Positions 6,354 through 13,723 of a stretch of DNA of 13,723 bases are shown piece by piece. The notes under the pieces were generated by a model that made no database searches, had not been told where the DNA came from, and worked only from the letters and a program-made list of their open reading frames with translations. The stretch comes from a bacterium. Its GTDB lineage: Bacteria > SZUA-182 > DTGQ01 > JAFGSM01. Numbering within the stretch: the stretch's first letter is position 1; each line of letters begins with the position of its first letter. The DNA lies in the NCBI GenBank assembly GCA_049472355.1, contig JBLIRP010000052.1:1-13723 (forward strand), in the 5' to 3' direction. A program made the translations under genes and the position numbers.

Positions 6354-7046
6354 TCATTCCACCGTTTTTACCTTTCTGGTTTTCTGTTCCTCGGCCATGC
6401 GTCTGTATTTTTCCGGCAGCGGAGGCACCACCATCCCCCCTGAGACCACCACCTTGATCCCCTCCTCGATGCTCATGTCAAGAGGTATCAGGTCCTCCTG
6501 AGGCACGATGATCAGGACGCCGGAGGTGGGGTTCGGCGTGGTGGGGACAAAGATGTTGACCGTCTCCTTCTCCGTGACCAGTTGCACCTCACCCTGTGCA
6601 TCGGAGGTCAGGAAGCCGATGGTGTACACCCCCCTGCGCGGATATTCCACCAGGACCACCTGCCTGAACGCCTTTTTACCCGATACGGATATCGATTCCA
6701 TGAGCTGTTTTGAGGAATGGTAAATGCTCCATACCAGGGGGACCTTGCTCAACAATCGTTCGCCGATATGCACGGTCTTCTTTCCGATGACATTGGTGAC
6801 GATGAGTCCCGTCATGTACGTGATGCACAAAAGGCTCAACAGGCCCAGGATCCCGGAAAGATAGGTGGTGAACCGGCCGGAAAGCCCCGCCAGCCTGGCG
6901 AAAAAGGCGAAGGGACCGGCGAAGAGACGTTCGAAAAGGCCGAAGCTGAAACGCACCATGAGGATGGTGATGAATGACGGCAGAATTACCAGGAGCCCCG
7001 CAAGGAACTTGTTCCGCAAATGGTGCCTGAAATGCTCGAATGACAT
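6354..7046 (-). CDS. DUF502 (COG2928) family membrane protein
   Basis: FLAGLLVILPSFIT N-terminal helix, second TM segment, LLSKVPLVWSIYHSSKQL, VVLVEYPRRG, FVPTTPNPTSG and MSIEEGIKVVVSGG motifs. GGGAGG ribosome-binding site. Confidence 0.92.
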   Translation of the reverse strand: MSFEHFRHHLRNKFLAGLLVILPSFITILMVRFSFGLFERLFAGPFAFFARLAGLSGRFTTYLSGILGLLSLLCITYMTGLIVTNVIGKKTVHIGERLLSKVPLVWSIYHSSKQLMESISVSGKKAFRQVVLVEYPRRGVYTIGFLTSDAQGEVQLVTEKETVNIFVPTTPNPTSGVLIIVPQEDLIPLDMSIEEGIKVVVSGGMVVPPLPEKYRRMAEEQKTRKVKTVE

Positions 7047-7076
7047 AGTGCTCCCTCCCGGCCGGTAATACGTCGA

Positions 7077-8300
7077 TCAACTGATCAACTGGTTTATCTC
7101 AAAGATCGGCCACAGGATCGACATGACGATGAAACCGACCAGCACCCCCATGAAAAGGATAATGAGGGGCTCGAGTACCGAGGTGAGCCCGGCGATGGCC
7201 GACTCCACCTCGTTGGTATACGCCTCCGCGATCTTATGGAGCATCTCTTCCATCTGGCCGCTCTTTTCACCCACTGACACCATGTGAATAACAATGGGAG
7301 GGAAGATGCCCTCCCTCTTGAGGGGCGGGGCGATTTCCTCCCCCTCCTGAACGCTCTGTGCAACCCGATCGATTGCCCTGCCGATGACCTCGTTGTCCAC
7401 GATGTGGCGGACGATCCTGAGGGCCTCCAGGATGGGAAGGCCGCCGCTCAGGAGGGTCCCCATGGTCTGAGCGAAACGGGCGATTGCGAATTTTTTTTTG
7501 AGACTGCCGAATATGGGGACCTTCAGGCTCAAGGAATCCTTGACCAATCGTCCTGATTCGGTCTTGATGTAGCGGCGCAGGAGGAAGTAGAGGGCGATGA
7601 GCACCCCTGCAATGACCACCCAGAAATCCCGTATGAAGAAACTGGTGGATATAAGGATCTGGGTGGGCAGGGGAAGCTGCTGGCTCATCTCGCTGAAGAT
7701 GTTGGTGATGGTGGGGATCACGAATATCATCAAAAAGATGATGACCGCAATACCGATGATGCACATGAGAATGGGATAGGCGAGGCTTGCCCTGATCTTC
7801 CGCTGCTGCTGGATGCTTTGCTCCAGGAAGTCCGCGAGGCGCTCCAGTACGAGGTCCAGCGCGCCGCTCGCCTCTCCCGCCCTCACCATGTGGCAGTAAA
7901 GGTCGGAGAAGACCCGTGGATGTTCCGCCAGGGCATCGGAGAACGCGTTCCCCTCCTTTACCTTCTCCCGAATCTGGATGATGATCTTCTTGAGGGGCTC
8001 CGATTCCACCTGATCGATGAGCGCGGTCAGTGATTGGTCGAGGGGGAGCCCCGCCTTGAGGAGGGTGGCGAGCTGGCGGGTGATAAGTGCGATCTCGGCC
8101 TTCTTGATCCAGCGAAAAAAACCGATGGTGAGGAGTTGTTTTTCCGGAAGAAGCTGCTCGATTTCCGCGGTCTTCAACTCGAAGGCGAAGATCCCGTCAC
8201 GCCTGAGCTTGGTCCTTGCCTCCATGGAGGTCGAGGCATCGATGACCCCTCGAACCGTCTTTCCCTTCGTATCCAGTGCCTTGTATTCATAGACCGCCAT
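7077..8300 (-). CDS. gspF: Type II secretion inner-membrane platform protein GspF (GspF/PilC family)
   Basis: MAVYEYKALD start, TRQLATLLKAGLPL, MVRAGEASGALD..LERLAD, ASLAYP, MVSVGEKSG, LEPLII. 407 aa, directly downstream of gspE. Confidence 0.95.
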   Translation of the reverse strand: MAVYEYKALDTKGKTVRGVIDASTSMEARTKLRRDGIFAFELKTAEIEQLLPEKQLLTIGFFRWIKKAEIALITRQLATLLKAGLPLDQSLTALIDQVESEPLKKIIIQIREKVKEGNAFSDALAEHPRVFSDLYCHMVRAGEASGALDLVLERLADFLEQSIQQQRKIRASLAYPILMCIIGIAVIIFLMIFVIPTITNIFSEMSQQLPLPTQILISTSFFIRDFWVVIAGVLIALYFLLRRYIKTESGRLVKDSLSLKVPIFGSLKKKFAIARFAQTMGTLLSGGLPILEALRIVRHIVDNEVIGRAIDRVAQSVQEGEEIAPPLKREGIFPPIVIHMVSVGEKSGQMEEMLHKIAEAYTNEVESAIAGLTSVLEPLIILFMGVLVGFIVMSILWPIFEINQLIS

Positions 8301-8320
8301 GGTGTGTCCCGTATCCCGAT

Positions 8321-10027
8321 CTAAAACACATCTTCCTGGGTTACCCTGAGCACCTCCTGAATCGTGGAAAGCCCTGCCAGGACCTTGTGCGCCCCGTCCT
8401 GCCTGAGGGTGCTCATGCCGGATTCGATCCCCGTTCTTTTGATCACATTGGATTCCGCCTGCTGCATGGTCAGGCGCCTGATTGCGTCGTCCATCATGAG
8501 GAGCTCATAGATGCCGGTCCTTCCCCGGTATCCCGTGTTCATGCACTCGGGACAGCCCTTTTCCCGGTAGATTCCCCCTTCGGGTATGTCCGATGGCTTG
8601 CATCCGATCTCGGCCAGGGAATTCCGGTCGGGCCGGTACTGCTCCTTGCAGTGCGGACAGGCAACACGCACCAGCCTCTGGGCCAGGATGGCGATGACCG
8701 AGGATGCCACCAGGTAGGGCTCGACCCCCATGTCGATCAGCCTGGTGACGGCGCCTGCGGAATCGTTGGTATGGAGGGTGGAGAAGACCAGGTGTCCGGT
8801 CAGGGATGCCTGGATGGCAATCTCCGCGGTTTCCAGGTCCCTGATCTCGCCCACCATGATCACATCGGGGTCCTGCCTGAGGATGGATCGCAGGCCGTTG
8901 GAGAAGGTCAGGTTGATCTTGGGCATGACCTGGATCTGCCCGATGCCGTTCAACTGGTACTCGATGGGGTCCTCGATGGTGATGATGTTCTTGTCGGCGA
9001 AGTTTATCTTGCTCAGGGCCGCGTACAGCGTGGTGGTCTTCCCGCTTCCGGTGGGGCCCGTGACCAGGATGATGCCGTGGGAGCGATGGATGATGTCGTG
9101 CATCCGCTTGAGTGTATTGCCGCTCATCCCCAGTTCCTCGAGGCGGAGTATGGATCCGCGTTTGTCGAGCAGCCGCATCACCACCCGTTCGCCGAAGGCG
9201 GTGGGAATCGTCGATACCCGTATATCGATCTCCCGGTCCCCCACCCTGATCTTGATCCTCCCATCCTGGGGGAGCCGCTTTTCGGCGATGTTCATCTTTG
9301 ACATGATCTTGATACGGGAGATGATCGCCGTTTGATAACGCTTCGGCGGGGTGAGGGTGTCGTGGAGCACCCCGTCGATCCGGTACCTGACCCTGAGTTC
9401 CTGTTCAAAGGGCTCGATATGCACGTCGCTTGCCCGTTCCTTGATGGCCTGCACGAGTATCAGGTTGACCAGCTTGATGATGGGCGCCTCGTTCACCAGG
9501 TCCAGGAGGTCCTTGGGCTGCTCCCCCAGATCCGTGATAATTCCCACATCCTGCTTGTCCAGGTCCTGCACCATCTTCTCGGCGGTCTCCGGGGCATGGT
9601 GGTAGATCCGGTTGATGGCCTCGTTGATTTCCTCGATGGGACAGAGCACCGGCTCCACATGGCAGCCGGTGATGAGTCGTATATCATCCAGGGGCTGCAC
9701 ATTCACCGGGTTGCAGATGGCAACCCGGATGACCCCGTCCGTTCGGTTGATCGGAATGAGATGGTTTTTCTTGACGAAGTGAAAGGGTATCCCCTCGATG
9801 AGCGAGGGGTCCAGGTCCTGGGAGATGGCCTTCTGAAAGGGCATGTGGAAGTAGCCGCCCAGGCCCTTCAGTACCCTTTCCTCGGTGTCCCCCCCCATGG
9901 AGCACAGGGATTGAATCAGGTGCTCCTCCTTTTCCCGCTTCCTCGAACGGGCCTGGTCCAGCTCTTCCTGGGTGATGATGTGCTCGTTCAGGAGGATGCC
10001 CTCGATGTCTCTGATTGCAGGTTCCAT
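8321..10027 (-). CDS. gspE: Type II secretion ATPase GspE
   Basis: ASDVHIEP, AEKRLPQDG, Walker A GPTGSGKTT, TIEDPIEY, LRQDPDVIMVGEIRD, TGHLVFSTLHTN, Zn motif CPHC...CPEC. Confidence 0.97.
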   Translation of the reverse strand: MEPAIRDIEGILLNEHIITQEELDQARSRKREKEEHLIQSLCSMGGDTEERVLKGLGGYFHMPFQKAISQDLDPSLIEGIPFHFVKKNHLIPINRTDGVIRVAICNPVNVQPLDDIRLITGCHVEPVLCPIEEINEAINRIYHHAPETAEKMVQDLDKQDVGIITDLGEQPKDLLDLVNEAPIIKLVNLILVQAIKERASDVHIEPFEQELRVRYRIDGVLHDTLTPPKRYQTAIISRIKIMSKMNIAEKRLPQDGRIKIRVGDREIDIRVSTIPTAFGERVVMRLLDKRGSILRLEELGMSGNTLKRMHDIIHRSHGIILVTGPTGSGKTTTLYAALSKINFADKNIITIEDPIEYQLNGIGQIQVMPKINLTFSNGLRSILRQDPDVIMVGEIRDLETAEIAIQASLTGHLVFSTLHTNDSAGAVTRLIDMGVEPYLVASSVIAILAQRLVRVACPHCKEQYRPDRNSLAEIGCKPSDIPEGGIYREKGCPECMNTGYRGRTGIYELLMMDDAIRRLTMQQAESNVIKRTGIESGMSTLRQDGAHKVLAGLSTIQEVLRVTQEDVF

Positions 10028-10045
10028 AGACTACACGTTCCTTGT

Positions 10046-12271
10046 TTATTGACCTTCGGCAGGGGTCCCGGGGATGTGCTCCGACGGGGCGGGCTCGGGG
10101 GGCACTGCATCTGCGGATGCCTCGGGGGTTTGGATTGCAGCAGCGGCCTCGAGCTCCACGGTTTGCCCGGGCGTTTCCGTCGCTCCGGGCACACCTTCCG
10201 TCGACTCCTCGTCGACAAGAGATTGCTTGACGCCCGGTATATCGGCGGGGGGCGGTTCCCCTTCCTTGCCTGTGTTGATGTCGAGCTTCATCCTTTGCTT
10301 TTCCAGCGAGGCGCTCTTTTCATAGGTCAATGCCTGGAGCTCCTCCGGTGTTCGGATGATGTGCGGGGTCAGGAATACCTGGAGATTGGTCTTCTCCTTT
10401 CGCTTGGTTGACTTCCTGAACAACCATCCGAGCAGGGGGATCTCCCCCAGGCACGGCACCCGGTCGTAGGTTTCCGACTGGTCGTCCTTCAGGAGCCCTC
10501 CGATGACCACGGTCTGGCGGTCCTTGACTACCACGGTGGTGTCCGCCTCCCTCTTGGTGGTCCAGGGGGGGCCGCCCAGGTCCGTGGTCCGCGGGATCAC
10601 GTTGTCGATCTTGAGCGAAATCTCCAGCTTTACATACCCATCGGGGTTTATGTAGGGGGTGATCTTGAGGGTGAGGCCCACGTCCTTGTAAATAAACGAC
10701 TGCCTGGTCACGTTGTCGACGATATCGCTCTGGGGATAGCTGATGGACTGCCCTATAAGAATTTTCGCCTCCTCATTGTCGGTTGTCAAGAGATGTGGCG
10801 TGGAGAGGATATTGACGTCCTGGTCCCCCTGGTATGCCCGGATCAGCGCCGCGATGTTCGGGAATTCCAGGCTGCCCACCTTGATGGAATCCTTCGCCAC
10901 CCCCATGAATATCCCCTGGGGCAGGTCCCCCGATATAATGCCGGATTGGACCGAGGATATCTCGCCGAAGTTGGTCCCCCCGAACCCCTGGTAGTCGCTT
11001 CCCCCGTCATCCGTGCGGATCTTCTCCACACCTGCACGCCATTCCACCCCCAGTTCCTGATTCTTCCCGAAGGTCACCTCGGCGATGAGCGCCTCCACCA
11101 GCACCTGGGGACGCATCACGTCCAGTTCGTCAATGATCCTGGAAAGGATCTCGTATTCCTGGGGGGAGGCGGTGATGATCAGGGAATTGGTCGCCTTGTC
11201 CGCAGTGATCTGTGAGCCCACGATCGCCGCCGCCACCTCCTGGCCCCCCTTGACCGTCTGGGACCGCTGCTGGCTGATGATGGAGCTCAGCACCTTTGCC
11301 ACCTCCTCGGCCTTGGAGTTCTTGAGCGCCCGGACCCGGATGTTGTCCTTTCCCCGGGGGGCGGGGATATCCAGCCGGTTGATCAGGTCCATGATGGTCT
11401 CCATGTCATCCTCCTGGGCCAGGATGATGAGGGAGCCCGTCCTGTCGTCGGGGATGATCTTTGACTGCACCGCATCCTTCGGAATGACCGCCTTGCGCTG
11501 CCGGGTCCGCTGCACCTTCTGGTCCCCGACCACCTTCATGACCTCTGCGGCGATCGTATCGGGTGACGCGTACTTGAGCGGTACGATCTCGATCCGGACC
11601 TCCGCCGTGGGAATATCGATTTCATGGATGATCTTGACCAGCCTGTCGATATTGGAGAGGGTCTCGGTGAGGATGATCGTGTTGGTGGGCCCGTAGGCGA
11701 TCAGCTTGCTCTCCTTGGACACCAGCATGGAGATCACGTTTTTTACCTCGTTCACATCCGCATGGTTGATGGGGATGAGCTGGGTGATGAAGCTGTCCTC
11801 CGGTCGTGTCCGGAGGGTATGCTCCCTGGTCCGTGTTTCGATGTTCTTGCTGAAGGCATCCCGCACCGGTACGATCTTTACGACGGAGCCCGAGGGTATG
11901 GCGGCGAACCCCTTGACCTCCAGGATGGATTCGAACACCTGATATGCCTCGTCAACGGGTACGGCCTGGGGTGAGATGATGGTCACGTTCCCCTTGACCG
12001 AATCATCGACCAGGAAATTTTTTCCCAGCAGGTCGCTCATGAACTTGATCACCAGCCGGATGTCCACGTTGTTGAAATCGAGGGTGACGTTCTTGGCAGG
12101 TTCCTTTGTGCCGCGTGCATCGGCCTTGCCTCGTTCGTTCAATGCAAGCAGGATGGGCCCCGGCGGCTCCGCCGGGCACCGGGCGACCATGCCCAGCAAC
12201 AATGCAATGCCCAGACCGCCGATGATGAAAATCATGCCGAGCGGTCTTTTTGTCTTCGATGATAGATACAT
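10046..12271 (-). CDS. gspD: Type II secretion secretin GspD
   Basis: N-terminal hydrophobic signal, N0 domain VTLDFNNVDIRLVIKFMSDLLGKNFLVD, repeated N domains, secretin core QVLVEALIAEV, NILSTPHLLTTDNEEAKILIG, VPCLGEIPLLGWLF, KTNLQVFLTPHII. Confidence 0.96.
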   Translation of the reverse strand: MYLSSKTKRPLGMIFIIGGLGIALLLGMVARCPAEPPGPILLALNERGKADARGTKEPAKNVTLDFNNVDIRLVIKFMSDLLGKNFLVDDSVKGNVTIISPQAVPVDEAYQVFESILEVKGFAAIPSGSVVKIVPVRDAFSKNIETRTREHTLRTRPEDSFITQLIPINHADVNEVKNVISMLVSKESKLIAYGPTNTIILTETLSNIDRLVKIIHEIDIPTAEVRIEIVPLKYASPDTIAAEVMKVVGDQKVQRTRQRKAVIPKDAVQSKIIPDDRTGSLIILAQEDDMETIMDLINRLDIPAPRGKDNIRVRALKNSKAEEVAKVLSSIISQQRSQTVKGGQEVAAAIVGSQITADKATNSLIITASPQEYEILSRIIDELDVMRPQVLVEALIAEVTFGKNQELGVEWRAGVEKIRTDDGGSDYQGFGGTNFGEISSVQSGIISGDLPQGIFMGVAKDSIKVGSLEFPNIAALIRAYQGDQDVNILSTPHLLTTDNEEAKILIGQSISYPQSDIVDNVTRQSFIYKDVGLTLKITPYINPDGYVKLEISLKIDNVIPRTTDLGGPPWTTKREADTTVVVKDRQTVVIGGLLKDDQSETYDRVPCLGEIPLLGWLFRKSTKRKEKTNLQVFLTPHIIRTPEELQALTYEKSASLEKQRMKLDINTGKEGEPPPADIPGVKQSLVDEESTEGVPGATETPGQTVELEAAAAIQTPEASADAVPPEPAPSEHIPGTPAEGQ

Positions 12272-12299
12272 ACGTTCCTTTCCTTATATCCCTGGTGCG

Positions 12300-13220
12300 C
12301 TACTCATTGATATCGTATTGCAGGGTAACCTCCTTGTTGTTCCTGAGCACGACCACCTCGATGCGCGATTCGTTCCTGAGCTTCTGATATGCCTCGAACG
12401 CCTTTTCCGCATTGTCCACCGGGATCTGGTTGACCGACCTGATCACATCTCCGTTCCTCAGGCCCATGGTGTCAAAAAAGCTCCGGGGCCTGATATTCGC
12501 CACCTGGAATCCGTCAGGCTGGTCGATCTTTCCTTTAGTAAAGTGCGGGATGATCCTCACCTGGGTGAGGAGCTGGCTGGAATTCTCGAGCACGTTCTGC
12601 ACCTCATCCCGCTCCATCACCCAGTGGTTCTGTCCGATCTTCTTCCCGATACGTCCAGGAATCGCGGTCTCCCCAGGACTCTCCTGAGCGCCCGGTTCCG
12701 TGGACTGATCCAGGGCCGCGCTGATCAAGGCCTCCATATCCTCGAAGGCGATGAGCATTTCCTCCTTGCCCTCGTGCTCCAGGATAACCTTGTGGCGATA
12801 GATCTTGACCAGCTTTGCGGGACCGATCTCGTCCCCTTCGGTGAACAGGTCCTGTTTTCTGGTGGTTTCGTCAAGGATGATGGCAAACGGCACGATCCCA
12901 TATCCGGTCATCGTCCCCAGCAGTTTAAGTCTCAATGCGGTAAGGGGCGCAACCTTCTCCTCTTCCTCTTCACTCCTCTGCGGTCCCTCCTTGCTGGGCT
13001 CCACCTGGAGGAGGTCCCGCTGGGTAATGATCTGGTAGTACCCCTTACGGTTTCTGCTTTTCGGGCTCTCATGCTCTTCGGGCCGAACAGTGAAGGGGGT
13101 GGTGGGCGGAACGTCGAGAATGGTCTTGAGACGGACGGTGACGGCGTCTGCGGCAAGGTATGCCGAGATGGTCGCCAACAGAAGGATGACGATCCAGAAG
13201 ACCTTCTTAACCATACCCAC
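12300..13220 (-). CDS. gspC: Type II secretion protein GspC (TM + HR + PDZ)
   Basis: N-terminal TM helix, HR-like LKLLGT..FAII..QDLFTEGDEI, C-terminal PDZ (GFQVANIRPRSFFDTMGLRNGDVIRSVNQ). First gene upstream of gspD. Start is GTG 13220 or ATG 13214. Confidence 0.9.
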   Translation of the reverse strand: MGMVKKVFWIVILLLATISAYLAADAVTVRLKTILDVPPTTPFTVRPEEHESPKSRNRKGYYQIITQRDLLQVEPSKEGPQRSEEEEEKVAPLTALRLKLLGTMTGYGIVPFAIILDETTRKQDLFTEGDEIGPAKLVKIYRHKVILEHEGKEEMLIAFEDMEALISAALDQSTEPGAQESPGETAIPGRIGKKIGQNHWVMERDEVQNVLENSSQLLTQVRIIPHFTKGKIDQPDGFQVANIRPRSFFDTMGLRNGDVIRSVNQIPVDNAEKAFEAYQKLRNESRIEVVVLRNNKEVTLQYDINE

Positions 13221-13310
13221 TGAACCTCTTTCTTTCTACCTTCACAAAACGTCGGATGCTCCCCTTCTCCGGCATGAAGCAGGGATATACATCCATGAAA
13301 TCAACCTACC

Positions 13311-13339
13311 ACTATAAACCGAATCCGGTATACTGTCAA
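13311..13339 (-). promoter_or_regulatory. Sigma70-type promoter of the gspC operon
   Basis: Minus strand TTGACA (13339-13334), 17 nt, TATAGT (13316-13311), about 90 bp upstream of gspC. Confidence 0.75.
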
Positions 13340-13465
13340 TTTGCCGCCAACCCTGCAACTGACGCTGTATATTTGTAAAAAGAAATACATAGGCCGATGT
13401 GATTGCAGCCGTGCAATATACCTGTACCGCGTTTTGATCCTCTATATATAACAATCGGCAAATCC

Positions 13466-13494
13466 TTGACAGAATTTGGCTTTTTAGGTACATT
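13466..13494 (+). promoter_or_regulatory. Sigma70-type promoter of the chorismate mutase gene
   Basis: TTGACA (13466-13471), 17 nt, TACATT (13489-13494); divergent from the gsp promoter. Confidence 0.7.
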
Positions 13495-13646
13495 TGATCG
13501 AAGAAGGTTGTGTGCCGCGCATCGTCGTGATGCATTGTGGCTACGTAACCATATGAATAAAAGGGATTTATTGACTGCAAACGGAGCGGCCGGCGGTCCC
13601 CGTTTGCCGAGCCTGGCAGCATTATCGATCCGCGAGAGAACAGGGC

Positions 13647-13723
13647 ATGGATTTAGAGGAACTGAGAAAACGAATTGATGCCATCGACCAGGGCATCCTC
13701 CGGCTTCTCAATGACCGGGCCGA
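13647..13723 (+). CDS. pheA: Chorismate mutase (AroQ type) N-terminus, probably bifunctional P-protein; truncated by the window edge
   Basis: ATG at 13647 gives MDLEELRKRIDAIDQGILRLLNDRA, the classic L..LR..ID.ID..I..LL..R pattern. Absent from the ORF track because it is truncated. Confidence 0.8.
   Translation, partial: MDLEELRKRIDAIDQGILRLLNDRA

Noticed and set aside
12170..12271. Lipoprotein signal in GspD (MVARC)
   Set aside because: Arg at -1 does not fit the lipobox; signal peptidase I cleavage or an uncleaved anchor is more likely.
8276..13223. Long plus-strand ORFs (341, 359, 203, 415 aa) opposite the gsp genes, and similarly 4742-5851
   Set aside because: Typical antisense open frames of high-GC coding sequence.
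13242..13678. ORFs in the gspC-pheA intergenic region
   Set aside because: They overlap two well-formed divergent sigma70 promoters and have no protein features.

Overview
GC-rich bacterial window with AT-rich intergenic stretches; the gene content suggests a Desulfobacterota/deltaproteobacteria-like lineage (inference only). From left to right: the 3' end of a fusA (EF-G) gene not followed by tuf; a small RecA/DnaB-like P-loop ATPase; a ~590-bp intergenic region with a sigma54-type promoter; a gene for a signal-peptide protein made of 23 tandem uncharged M-x-YG repeats ([22 protein letters not shown][S/G]YG) with its own intrinsic terminator; a convergent, sigma54-preceded Cys-motif/coiled-coil/GAF-like protein with no output domain; a REP/BIME-like mosaic of hairpin repeats; a GlcD/Dld-family FAD oxidoreductase; a minus-strand gspC-D-E-F-DUF502 type II secretion operon with no pseudopilin genes; and the start of a divergent chorismate mutase (pheA-like) gene. 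The best candidate for an undescribed system is the secreted Gly/Tyr/Gln/Met repeat protein, possibly a self-assembling or Tyr-cross-linked matrix protein, together with its sigma54 control and the neighbouring orphan GAF protein. All family assignments come from motifs recognised by eye; no searches were run.
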